Part shown: in pieces, positions 35,892 through 45,578 of the stretch
Position numbering within the stretch: the stretch's first letter is position 1
Layout: each line of letters begins with the position of its first letter
Assembly: GCA_002299555.1 (NCBI GenBank)
Contig: DBOL01000055.1
Location: 1 to 58,091 of the forward strand
DNA length: 58,091 bases
DNA from: Candidatus Aminicenantes bacterium UBA647
GTDB taxonomy: Bacteria; Acidobacteriota; Aminicenantia; UBA2199
Reading direction: 5' to 3'
The notes under the pieces: model-generated
Databases searched by the model: none
What the model saw: the letters and a program-made list of their open reading frames with translations, nothing else
Told to the model about the DNA's origin: nothing
Position numbers and translations under genes: made by a program

Positions 35892-37901
35892 TTATTCCTC
35901 TATTGCTTTCAATGGGATATTTACCATCACGAACCCCAATGCAATTATAACTGCTGTACTGATAATAAATGGTGATCCATCCCATAAATTAGGCACTATG
36001 ACATCAAAAAAAGCGAGAGCAGCAAATAATAATCCCATTAAAGCTTCCCCTGCAATCAATCCAGATGCAAGTAGCACTCCCCTGTTATCAATATAAGAGA
36101 TCTGCTTTTTTGAATATTTCCTCCTCGCAATAATCATATCCACAATCCATCTGATCAGCCCACCCGCAAATATCGCAGCAACTGTTTCGAATGAGAGGTA
36201 CATTCCAACGCAAACAAGCATCGGACTCTTTATCTTAACCAGGATAAATCCGAAAGCCATAATGATTCCCACAATAACAAGAGGCCAGACCATTTCTCCA
36301 CCTACTATCCCTTTTGATAGTTTCGCCATTAGGCCTGCCTGGGGAGCAGCAAGAACATCTCCACCGAAACCCCCTTTATATCCATTAAGTTCTGCCATTT
36401 TCAGATCTCCTGCATTCAGTATGAAAAGTGGTATCCACATTGCCAGGGCAGAAATAATAACCCCAATAAAATCACCAACCTGCATTTTCCAGGGAGTTCC
36501 TCCCAGTATATATCCTACTTTCATCTCCTGAAGAGCAGCTCCTGCAACAGCAGCACTGACACAGATAATTCCTGCACCGGCAAGAACAATAATGACCCCC
36601 TGATCTCCGCTGATACCGATCATCAGCAAAATAAAAGATGTTATAACAATTGAAGTTATCGTTATTCCCGATACAGGGTTATTGGAAGATCCGATAACTC
36701 CAACAAGGTATCCGGAGAGAGTTGCAAAAAAGAAACCTGCGATCATTAGTACTAATGCAACAATCAGAGCGGGAATGAAGCTTTCATCTTTAAATCCCAT
36801 GAACCACCAGAACATAACAAAAACAAATGCCGATAAGAGAAAAATTCCGGATATAACAGTTAGTATTCCAATATCTTTTTCAGTTCTTTTTACTATTTTG
36901 GGAATTGATGAAGTTTTTTCAATATCTTCATCCGGCTTCCTGATACCGTTAAAAATTTTTTTTCTCAATCCGTAAAGAGTATAGGCGGCACTCATAAGCA
37001 TTCCGCCGATGGCAATCGGTTTTACAATATTTGAGAAAACACTTTTTGAAATATCCGACCAGGTCATAACTCCGTCACTGACTAAAGGAGAATATTGAGG
37101 ACCAAGGATCAATATCAGGAGGGGAACGAATAAACCCCAGGAAAGAACTCCTCCCGCAAAATTCAATGCTGCCAGTTTTGGCCCGATTATATATCCGACT
37201 CCCAAAAATGCAGGGCTCAGAGCAGGAGACTTCAGCAAAAACCCCCCACCTGTCTCAATTCCCTTAAATTTTTCCATACTTGTTCCGGGAATTATCTTCT
37301 TCGCAAAAGGTAAAAATTTCTCCCATTTAGGAGAAAGTATATGGAAACTTTTAAGAAATTCTATTACACCCCCTACTCCCATCGCAAAAAACAAATATTT
37401 TGCACCCGAAGTACCTTTTCTCCCTGCTTTATGAATTTCTGATGCAGCCACAGACTCGGGAAAAGGGAGAAGAGGGTCTTCGACCATAACTTTTCTCAAC
37501 AATGTTACAAAAAGGATCCCGGCAATTCCGCCTGCAAGCATTATTGCAGTTGATTTTAAATAGCCATCAAAACTTGCAAAAAATTCCGGCCCCCAGACAC
37601 CGGCAATATAGAAAGCGGGAATTGTAAATATTGCACCACCTGCAACAGCCTCACCTATTGATCCTATAGTCCTTAAAAAATTTTCTTCAAGTATGTTGCT
37701 TCCTTTCCTATGCCTCAGAAATTGTATACCCATGATCGCTGCCGGATAGGTTGCAGCGATTGTTATTCCTGATTTAAGTCCCAGATAAGCGTTAGAGAAT
37801 CCAAATAAGACAGCAAATATAATTCCTGTGAGTAGAGATCGCAGGGTAAATTCCCTCAAATTTTTTTCCGGAGCAATAAGGGGCTTATTCTGAATTTTCA
37901 T
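35892..37901 (-). CDS. OPT family oligopeptide transporter
   Basis: EFTLRS, NAYLGLKSG, ENFLRTIGS, LPFPES, GSSNNPVSG, LGGTPWKMQ, APQAGLM and ASGLIAGE. Confidence 0.95.
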   Translation of the reverse strand: MKIQNKPLIAPEKNLREFTLRSLLTGIIFAVLFGFSNAYLGLKSGITIAATYPAAIMGIQFLRHRKGSNILEENFLRTIGSIGEAVAGGAIFTIPAFYIAGVWGPEFFASFDGYLKSTAIMLAGGIAGILFVTLLRKVMVEDPLLPFPESVAASEIHKAGRKGTSGAKYLFFAMGVGGVIEFLKSFHILSPKWEKFLPFAKKIIPGTSMEKFKGIETGGGFLLKSPALSPAFLGVGYIIGPKLAALNFAGGVLSWGLFVPLLILILGPQYSPLVSDGVMTWSDISKSVFSNIVKPIAIGGMLMSAAYTLYGLRKKIFNGIRKPDEDIEKTSSIPKIVKRTEKDIGILTVISGIFLLSAFVFVMFWWFMGFKDESFIPALIVALVLMIAGFFFATLSGYLVGVIGSSNNPVSGITITSIVITSFILLMIGISGDQGVIIVLAGAGIICVSAAVAGAALQEMKVGYILGGTPWKMQVGDFIGVIISALAMWIPLFILNAGDLKMAELNGYKGGFGGDVLAAPQAGLMAKLSKGIVGGEMVWPLVIVGIIMAFGFILVKIKSPMLVCVGMYLSFETVAAIFAGGLIRWIVDMIIARRKYSKKQISYIDNRGVLLASGLIAGEALMGLLFAALAFFDVIVPNLWDGSPFIISTAVIIALGFVMVNIPLKAIEE

Positions 37902-38083
37902 AAAATTATCCTTTTCGGTAAAACATCGATACAATTATACAGAAAGGAAATAAATTTTATAATAGTTACTCTTATTAATTGCTTGACTAAATTTTATAAT
38001 AATCATAAAAACATAGTATGAATAAATTATCCGGATTTCAAATCCGATATTATTTAAAAACTATTATTCTGTAAGGAGTGACA

Positions 38084-41029
38084 ATGAAAAAAATCTTAAT
38101 AATATTTGTAATTTTTTTAATAACAATATCTTTATCTGCCGCTACACTTGATGATGCACTCAAAAGGATCCATCCTATCTGGGGAGAAGTTGACTGGATG
38201 ATAAGAGAAAAGGCATTTAAGATCAGGCAATCTCTTTTAGAGAACAGTCCTTTCAAAAGTATTCCATTTGAGAATGTTGGTCCGATGGCTCAGGGTGGCA
38301 GGATAATGGATCTTGCAATGGATGAAAGACTACCCACAACCTGGCTTGTCGCTTATGCAACAGGTGGTGTATGGATAACTCATGATGACGGACATAATTG
38401 GAAACCGATTTTCGAGAAACAGCCTTCTTTCAGTATCGGATCACTTGCAGTTGTATGGGGGAAACCCGGAGTTCCTGAAACTATCTGGGTAGGAACCGGG
38501 GAGCCTTCAAATACAAGAACTGTTTATATGGGAGCCGGATTATTCCGAAGTGATGACAAGGGGAATACCTGGACAAGAGCTGCTCTCCCGAATGCACATC
38601 ATATAGCAGATATAACCGTTCACCCGGGGAAAAAAGAGATCGTTTTTGTAGCGGCACTTGGCCCTGTTTATACTGATGGAGGGGAAAGAGGCCTTTATAG
38701 GACACTTGATAACGGTAAGACCTGGGATAAAGTGATCGAATGTCCGCCATTCACAGGAGCTGTTGAGGTGCTGATAGATCATAACGATACTAATATTGTC
38801 TATGCCTGCACGTGGGAAAGGCGCCGTAAAGCGTGGGATTTCAGAGAGAATGGCCCGGGAAGCGGCATATGGAAAAGTATTGATGGAGGGAAATCTTTTG
38901 ATCGTCTTTCAGGTGGCTTACCCAATGGAAAAGGGATGGGTAGGATCGGTCTTGCTCTGAGCTATCAAAATCCTGATCTTATCTACGCACTGATTGACAA
39001 TCAAAATCCAAGACCGATAAGTAAAGATAATCCTGAACCACTATTGGGAAAAGAATTTCTTGAGATCGCAAAAAAAGGGTTTCTGAAACTTTCAGACAAA
39101 AGGATTGATGATTTCCTCAGGCTATACAGTTTTCCGGGGAAACTTAACGCTGAATCTATCAGAAAAGATGAAAAGGATAAAAAATTCAATTTTGATGATA
39201 TGAAGAAACACATAAAGGGATTGGAGAATATCCCCTACTATTGGCCAAAATGTATAGGCCCTGAGTTATATGTAAGTTCTGATGCCGGAAAGACCTGGGG
39301 GAAAACACATAAGGCCGATCTTCGTGGACAGGTTGATTGGGGATATGGAACTGCAACGTACTATTTCGGCCGTATCGCTATTGACCCTTCAAATGATAAA
39401 CGTCTTATCCTTTGTGCTGTGCCACTTCTAAAAACAGAGGATGGAGGCAAAACCTTTGAGTATGCAGACAGAAACGGACATGATGTTCATGCTGATCACC
39501 ATGCTATCCTTTTTAACTCAAAAAATAGTAAAAGGATAATTCTTGGAAATGACGGAGGACTTAACCTCAGCCTCGATGGAGGAGTAAGCTGGAGACCTGT
39601 GAAGAACATACCTGTGGGACAAAGCTACACTGTAACCTTTGATATGTCTAAGCCCTACAGAATATTTACCGGACTTCAGGATAATGGTATCAGTATGGGA
39701 TTTAATAAGAAGATCAAACCTTTTCAGCAAATAGATAGTTGGAAAAATATCTGGGGTGCAGATGGAATGTTTATACAGGTCAATTTAAAGGATAATAATA
39801 CTGTGATCCTTGGTACTCAATTCGGTGCAATGTCACGCCTTGATCTTCACACAATGAAATCAAAAAGAATTCGACCTGAACCTGATTATCCTGAACAGAG
39901 AGCATTTCGGACAAATTGGGTTACACCAATCGTCATGAGCAAATTTCATCCTGATATTTTATACACCGGGACACAATTCGTTCACCGTTCATTTGATCGT
40001 GGAGACACATGGGAGGTAATAAGCCCTGAACTGACCAGTGAAGGACAGGAAGGATCATTCGTTAATATTGGTGGCAATATCTCTTATGGGAATCTATCGG
40101 CACTTGCTGAGAGTACTAAACGTTTCGGACTTATCTATGCAGGGACAGATGAAGGATGGCTTTGGATCACAAAAGATTCCGGTATGAACTGGGAAAGGCT
40201 CAGAAATGGGATTCCAGGGAATAAATGGGTAACTCGTATCGAACCCGGACTCCATAATGAGGCTCATGTTTTTGCTACTTTTACAGGGTTCCGTGAAAAT
40301 GATACAAAAGCATATGTTTACAAAAGTTTAGATTACGGACAGAGCTGGCATTCAATAAAGGGGAACCTGCCTGACGAATGTATGAATGTTATCCGACAGG
40401 ACCCGGTAAATCCAAACCTATTGTTCGTAGGAAGTGACTTTGGAGTTTACACAAGTCTCAACGGAGGGGAAGAGTGGAATGCACTTGGTGTAATGATACC
40501 CAATGTACCTGCATATGATATGTGCATCCAGCCAAGAGAAAAAGATCTTATAGTTGGTACTTACGGGCGTAGTGTATGGGTTGGATCCATTAAGATTCTA
40601 CAGGAATATACTGCAGATATAATGAAAAAAGAGATCCACCTGTTTAAAATTGCTAAACAGGTGCCGAAATGGTGGTGGGAGAAAGAGAAACCGGTCCAGG
40701 TTGGTAAACCGAGAGAGATTGAAAAGCTTAAAGTTTTCTTCCATTCAGACACTTCAGTTAATGTAAAAATATTCTTGAAAAATAATAAGAACAAAATACT
40801 AAAAAGCTGGGAACAGAAAGCAAAGGCCGGTATAAACAGACTTGATTGGGACTACCTTATCGATAGCAAATACAGGAAAAACCTTCCGGAAGGAAGAAGA
40901 CCATTCATACTTCCCGGGAAATACACCCTCGTTATAAGTTCAATGGGGAAATCATCAAAAACAGTATTAATAATTGACAAACCGGAGAAGAGAAAAAACT
41001 GGTGGTCAGAATCTAAAGAGTTACATTAA
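38084..41029 (+). CDS. Exported VPS10/BNR (Asp-box) repeat protein, glycosyl-hydrolase-like
   Basis: Signal peptide; many SxDxGxTW Asp-boxes; GPMAQGGRI and HADHH. Confidence 0.88.
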   Translation: MKKILIIFVIFLITISLSAATLDDALKRIHPIWGEVDWMIREKAFKIRQSLLENSPFKSIPFENVGPMAQGGRIMDLAMDERLPTTWLVAYATGGVWITHDDGHNWKPIFEKQPSFSIGSLAVVWGKPGVPETIWVGTGEPSNTRTVYMGAGLFRSDDKGNTWTRAALPNAHHIADITVHPGKKEIVFVAALGPVYTDGGERGLYRTLDNGKTWDKVIECPPFTGAVEVLIDHNDTNIVYACTWERRRKAWDFRENGPGSGIWKSIDGGKSFDRLSGGLPNGKGMGRIGLALSYQNPDLIYALIDNQNPRPISKDNPEPLLGKEFLEIAKKGFLKLSDKRIDDFLRLYSFPGKLNAESIRKDEKDKKFNFDDMKKHIKGLENIPYYWPKCIGPELYVSSDAGKTWGKTHKADLRGQVDWGYGTATYYFGRIAIDPSNDKRLILCAVPLLKTEDGGKTFEYADRNGHDVHADHHAILFNSKNSKRIILGNDGGLNLSLDGGVSWRPVKNIPVGQSYTVTFDMSKPYRIFTGLQDNGISMGFNKKIKPFQQIDSWKNIWGADGMFIQVNLKDNNTVILGTQFGAMSRLDLHTMKSKRIRPEPDYPEQRAFRTNWVTPIVMSKFHPDILYTGTQFVHRSFDRGDTWEVISPELTSEGQEGSFVNIGGNISYGNLSALAESTKRFGLIYAGTDEGWLWITKDSGMNWERLRNGIPGNKWVTRIEPGLHNEAHVFATFTGFRENDTKAYVYKSLDYGQSWHSIKGNLPDECMNVIRQDPVNPNLLFVGSDFGVYTSLNGGEEWNALGVMIPNVPAYDMCIQPREKDLIVGTYGRSVWVGSIKILQEYTADIMKKEIHLFKIAKQVPKWWWEKEKPVQVGKPREIEKLKVFFHSDTSVNVKIFLKNNKNKILKSWEQKAKAGINRLDWDYLIDSKYRKNLPEGRRPFILPGKYTLVISSMGKSSKTVLIIDKPEKRKNWWSESKELH

Positions 41030-41040
41030 TTTATTATTAA

Positions 41041-42153
41041 TTAAGGAAGTTCTATCCTGTACTTTGACAGAATGACATTTCCATCTTCATCTTCTGTCCA
41101 GATATAGATGAAATCGCCTTCAATCTGGATGCCGTTAATAGTTCTGTCGTTATCAACACCGATCTTACTTCTGTACATAAACTTCCCGCTTTTATCATAA
41201 ATATCAATTACTCTGAGTGTATCGCTATCCGGATCAGATTCAAAAAGATATACATTCCCTTTTCTGTCAATATTAATATCAGAGAAGAAGGAGGCATTTT
41301 TTGGTAATCCATTTATAATATTATTTAATATATTTGCAGGAATATCTCCTAATCTAGTTTTAAGATTTTTTAAATATTTTTCTGATACCTTGTTCGGTTT
41401 TTTCTCCGGATTACTGAAATTGAAAAGCTTTTTTCCTTTAATATCACAAATTGTCAATTCATTCTTATTGTTCATTCCATAATATATCTTTTCATTGCTG
41501 TACCGTACCAGCATCATCGGAGTTATATCCCCTATGACTATCCCGACTGTCATTTGATTCCCTTTGCTCTCCTGAGTAACACTCGCTTTATCGAACGGTC
41601 TGAATGTTGCAATCTCGGTTTTTTCATCTGTTTTTAAGTTAAAGAGGATTATTTTTTCCGTCCCTTTCCCTCTTCTGTCTACAATCACAGGTGCAGATAT
41701 AAAAATGTCTTCATTCAAAAATTCCCTCGGCTTCAACCTTGGAGAGATTTTAATTGTTTTAATATAATGTCCATCAAGATCAAAATAATGAAGCATCGCT
41801 CTATCTGAAAAAATCAATTTATTTCCTACTATCTGGAGTAGATTTCCACCGAAATAATCCCTGATCTCACCCGGACCTTCCCCTTTTTTGCCAAAACTTT
41901 TAATAAAGTTCCCATCCTTATCAAAAATAAATATAAGGGAATTTTTCATATCGGCGACAAATATTTTTCCTGTTTTTGAGATTGCGATATTTTGAATATC
42001 CCCGAAGACATCTTTCCCGGCTGTATCTTTTTCCCAGATCAGTTTTTTATTAAAATCCCATTCCCCTTTAAATGGCTTATCCTGATTAACAACCTGCGAA
42101 AGCAAAATTATTCCTGAAATAAAAAATAAAATAATAAATGTGATTTTTTTCAT
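41041..42153 (-). CDS. Exported 6-bladed beta-propeller (NHL-like) protein
   Basis: Signal peptide and FDKDGNFIKSFGKKGEGPGEI. Confidence 0.85.
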   Translation of the reverse strand: MKKITFIILFFISGIILLSQVVNQDKPFKGEWDFNKKLIWEKDTAGKDVFGDIQNIAISKTGKIFVADMKNSLIFIFDKDGNFIKSFGKKGEGPGEIRDYFGGNLLQIVGNKLIFSDRAMLHYFDLDGHYIKTIKISPRLKPREFLNEDIFISAPVIVDRRGKGTEKIILFNLKTDEKTEIATFRPFDKASVTQESKGNQMTVGIVIGDITPMMLVRYSNEKIYYGMNNKNELTICDIKGKKLFNFSNPEKKPNKVSEKYLKNLKTRLGDIPANILNNIINGLPKNASFFSDINIDRKGNVYLFESDPDSDTLRVIDIYDKSGKFMYRSKIGVDNDRTINGIQIEGDFIYIWTEDEDGNVILSKYRIELP

Positions 42154-42207
42154 TCTTTTCTCCCGCTTTTATAGACGCAAAAATATGATATAAAGTTTAA
42201 AAAAAGA

Positions 42208-43455
42208 TCAGTTGCCGTATTTTCCTATTATCTCTTCTTTAGTTTTATTAAGTATATCGTACTTTTTCCCAACCTTAATAAAAGCGGCAAGAGCCTTCTC
42301 GAGATGTGTCATATCATGTGCGGCAGATAGTTGCGTTCTGATCCTTGCCTGCCCTTTAGCCACAACAGGAAAGAAAAATCCGATCGCATATATACCTTCT
42401 GAATACAGATCTTTAGCGAAATCCTGTGAAAGTTTTGCATTGAAGAGCATAACAGGAACAATCGGTGTTTCACCATCTTTGATAATAAATCCGGCATCGA
42501 TCAAACCTTTTCTCCAGAATTTTGTATTTACTTCGAGTTTATCTCTCCTTTCAGTTGAAGAAGAAACTATATCAATTACTTTGTTTGATGCAGCTACTAT
42601 AACCGGAGCAATAGAATTGGAAAAAAGGTAAGGCCTTGCTTTTTGCCTGCACATTTCAACAATCTCTTTTCTTCCGGACACACAACCACCTGATGCTCCG
42701 CCAAGAGCCTTACCAAGTGTAGTTGTAATTATATCTATCTTTCCGACCACATCGAAGTGCTCATGAGTTCCTCTACCTGTTTTCCCGATAAATCCACTTG
42801 AATGAGAATCATCTACAAAAACCAGAGCATTGTACTTTTCCGCAAGTTCAACTATTTTATCAAGTTTAGCAAGATCTCCATCCATTGAGAATGCACCATC
42901 AGTAACAATAAGTTTTAATCTTTTATCCTCATGGAGGATAAGTTTCTTCTCGAGATGATCCATATTTGAATGTTTATAAGTATCTGTCATCGCTTTGGCA
43001 AGTCTCATTCCGTCAACTATCGATGCATGGACAAGTCGATCTGCTATCATAACATCCTCTTCATTCATAAAAGCTTCAAATACTCCTGCATTTGCATCCA
43101 TACAGGATGGGAAAAGGATAGTATCCTCTGTTCCAAGAAATTTTGTAAGTTTATCTTCAAGTTCTTTATGAATATCCTGCGTTCCACAAATAAACCTGAC
43201 CGAAGACATCCCATATCCTCTATGGTCAAGTCCTTTTCTTGCTGCTTCCACTATTTCCGGATGAGATGATAGACCCAGATAATTGTTAGAACACATGTTA
43301 ATAACATTTTTCTCTTCAGTTCCGGAAGGAAAGATCACTTCTATTTCTGAATCCTGAGGTGCACAAATTATCCTCTCCTCTTTGAAAATACCATCCTTCT
43401 TAATGTTATCAAGTTCACTCTTCAGGTGTCCCTGTTCTTTTGTACTATATGCCAT
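42208..43455 (-). CDS. kbl: Glycine C-acetyltransferase (2-amino-3-ketobutyrate CoA ligase)
   Basis: SNNYLGL, GYGMSSVRFICGTQ, DDSH, TLGKALGG (PLP lysine) and RPYLFSN. Confidence 0.92.
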   Translation of the reverse strand: MAYSTKEQGHLKSELDNIKKDGIFKEERIICAPQDSEIEVIFPSGTEEKNVINMCSNNYLGLSSHPEIVEAARKGLDHRGYGMSSVRFICGTQDIHKELEDKLTKFLGTEDTILFPSCMDANAGVFEAFMNEEDVMIADRLVHASIVDGMRLAKAMTDTYKHSNMDHLEKKLILHEDKRLKLIVTDGAFSMDGDLAKLDKIVELAEKYNALVFVDDSHSSGFIGKTGRGTHEHFDVVGKIDIITTTLGKALGGASGGCVSGRKEIVEMCRQKARPYLFSNSIAPVIVAASNKVIDIVSSSTERRDKLEVNTKFWRKGLIDAGFIIKDGETPIVPVMLFNAKLSQDFAKDLYSEGIYAIGFFFPVVAKGQARIRTQLSAAHDMTHLEKALAAFIKVGKKYDILNKTKEEIIGKYGN

Positions 43456-43464
43456 TATTGTCTC

Positions 43465-43713
43465 CTACACTACATTAAATTCTTTCAACAGAACTAAGAT
43501 ATTATCAACTGAATCAAAGGCATCCGGAGTTGCTTTTGCATCCGGTATCTGTATTTTGTATTTTGTCTCAAGAAATCTTTTTAAAGATACCATTGAAAAA
43601 GAGTCAACAATTCCCCCTGTGATAAGAGGTGAACTGAAATCAAGTTCCATATCTTCATCTTCAAGATATTCTTCTTTAATATAATCTAAAATAACTTCTT
43701 TAATACCACTCAT
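43465..43713 (-). CDS. Acyl carrier protein
   Basis: Acidic 82-aa protein with GIVDSFSM phosphopantetheine-serine motif. Confidence 0.9.
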   Translation of the reverse strand: MSGIKEVILDYIKEEYLEDEDMELDFSSPLITGGIVDSFSMVSLKRFLETKYKIQIPDAKATPDAFDSVDNILVLLKEFNVV

Positions 43714-43748
43714 TTTATTCTCCTTTATAAACGTATTATTAATATCTT

Positions 43749-45452
43749 CTAATCATCTTCAAGTGTTGAAGTATCGCCTATTTCTTCACCCCACTCTTTT
43801 GCCCTGAGCATACGTCTCATTATTTTTCCACTCCTCGTCTTTGGTAGTGAATCAACAAATTCGACATCCTGCGGCATTGCAAGTGGTGATAATTTCTTTC
43901 GGATAAAATTCATTATTTCCAGTTCCAGCATATCAGAAGCCTCAACTCCCGGTTTCAACGCTATGAACGCCTTGACTACTTCCATATTTACAGGATCTGG
44001 TTTTCCGACAACTGCGGATTCAGCAACTGATTCATGCTCTAATAATGCAGATTCAATTTCAAAGGGCCCGACAAGATGGCCCCCGGTATTTATAACATCA
44101 TCATCACGGCCTACAAACCAGTAATATCCATCCTCATCAATACTGGCCCTGTCACCACAAACATACCAGCCATTAATAAATTTGCTGTTATATGTTTTTT
44201 CATTATTCCAATAAGCTCTGAACATTGAAGGCCATCCGGGCTTTAATGCTATAAGTCCGACAACTCCTCTCTTCTCTATCGGCTCATGAGTTTTAAGGTC
44301 CAGCACGGTTGCTTCTATTCCCGGAAATGGCTTACCCATCGAACCCGGCTTTATCTCCATCCCCGGATAATTAGTAATAACCATACTTCCGGTCTCAGTC
44401 TGCCAGAATGTATCATGAAATGTAAGTCCGTACGTATCTGTTGACCACAATACAGCTTCAGCATTCAGTGGTTCACCGACACTGCACAAATGCCTTAGTG
44501 AAGATAGGTCAAACTTTTCAACCTCAGATTTACCCTCTTTCATAAGCGCCCTTATAGCTGTCGGAGCGGAATACCAGACCGTTATCTTTTGATCTTCTAT
44601 GAATCTGTACCAATTCTCAGCCTTAAATCCCGAATCAAGAACACATTGAGTTATTCCGTTTGACCAGGGACCTATGATCCCATAGGATGTTCCTGTAACC
44701 CAACCCGGATCAGCAGTACACCAATATATATCATCATCCTTTAAGTCAAGAACATATTTTGATGAAATATATTGCGAAATAAGAGAATAATGGACATGTT
44801 GAGCCCCTTTCGGCTGTCCGGTAGTACCTGAAGTATAATGTAATACAGATGGCGTTTCCGCTTTTGATCTGAAAACATCAAATTTTTCAATTTTTTCAGA
44901 ATCTTCCATTGAAAAAGCTATCTCACGTTCTTGCAAGGGTTTTTTTCCATCGTAATCAACTACAATGATATATTCAAGTCCGGGAAGTTCATCACGGATC
45001 TTTCTCACTTTCCCAAGATGTTTTTTCTGAGTAATTATCGCTTTTGTTTCAGCATCCTCCAATCTTGTAATAAGAGATTCTCCGCCAAAAGCACTGAAAA
45101 GCGGTTGAGCTATACCACCCATTTTCAGTATACCTAGAAATCCGAAATAAAGCTCAGGGATCTTATCCATAAAAAGGCATACTCTATCGCCATTTTCAAC
45201 TCCGGTCTTCTGAAGAAATGATGCCATCGTGTTAGTGATGATACGGCTGTCATTGAAAGTAAATTTCTTAACTTCACCTGAAAATCCCTGCCATATGAGA
45301 GCAACTTTTTCTCCTTTCCCCTGATCACATATCCTGTCGGAACAATACCATCCTATATTTATATCGTCCCCATCTTTATAACCAAGCTCATTTTCAGATA
45401 TATTCCAATTGAATTTTTTCCTGATCTCATCATAAGGTCCCATGTTGTTCAT
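43749..45452 (-). CDS. acsA: Acetate--CoA ligase-type adenylating enzyme
   Basis: YTSGTTGQPKG, WCTADPGWVTG, SVGEPLN, FWQTETG and PKTRSGKIMRR. Confidence 0.88.
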   Translation of the reverse strand: MNNMGPYDEIRKKFNWNISENELGYKDGDDINIGWYCSDRICDQGKGEKVALIWQGFSGEVKKFTFNDSRIITNTMASFLQKTGVENGDRVCLFMDKIPELYFGFLGILKMGGIAQPLFSAFGGESLITRLEDAETKAIITQKKHLGKVRKIRDELPGLEYIIVVDYDGKKPLQEREIAFSMEDSEKIEKFDVFRSKAETPSVLHYTSGTTGQPKGAQHVHYSLISQYISSKYVLDLKDDDIYWCTADPGWVTGTSYGIIGPWSNGITQCVLDSGFKAENWYRFIEDQKITVWYSAPTAIRALMKEGKSEVEKFDLSSLRHLCSVGEPLNAEAVLWSTDTYGLTFHDTFWQTETGSMVITNYPGMEIKPGSMGKPFPGIEATVLDLKTHEPIEKRGVVGLIALKPGWPSMFRAYWNNEKTYNSKFINGWYVCGDRASIDEDGYYWFVGRDDDVINTGGHLVGPFEIESALLEHESVAESAVVGKPDPVNMEVVKAFIALKPGVEASDMLELEIMNFIRKKLSPLAMPQDVEFVDSLPKTRSGKIMRRMLRAKEWGEEIGDTSTLEDD

Positions 45453-45480
45453 TAAACAAACCTCCTAATATTTTAATAGT

Positions 45481-45545
45481 TTGATAGTATTGAATATCAA
45501 TGAAAATTAATAATAATTTATAGAGTATACCCCCATAAAAGTCAA
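45481..45545 (-). promoter_or_regulatory. acs-acp-kbl promoter TTGACT-17-TATAAA plus downstream inverted repeat TTGATA-N8-TATCAA
   Basis: -35 at 45545-45540, -10 at 45522-45517, inverted repeat at 45481-45500. Confidence 0.55.
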
Positions 45546-45578
45546 GAAAATATTTAATTTTAAACGTAAATTATAAAG

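Noticed and set aside
42208-45452. Sphingolipid biosynthesis (SPT-ACP-acyl ligase)
   Set aside because: The PLP enzyme has Kbl signatures (GYGMSSVRFICGT, TLGKALGG) and the ligase has the short-chain ACS Trp; no ceramide synthase is nearby.
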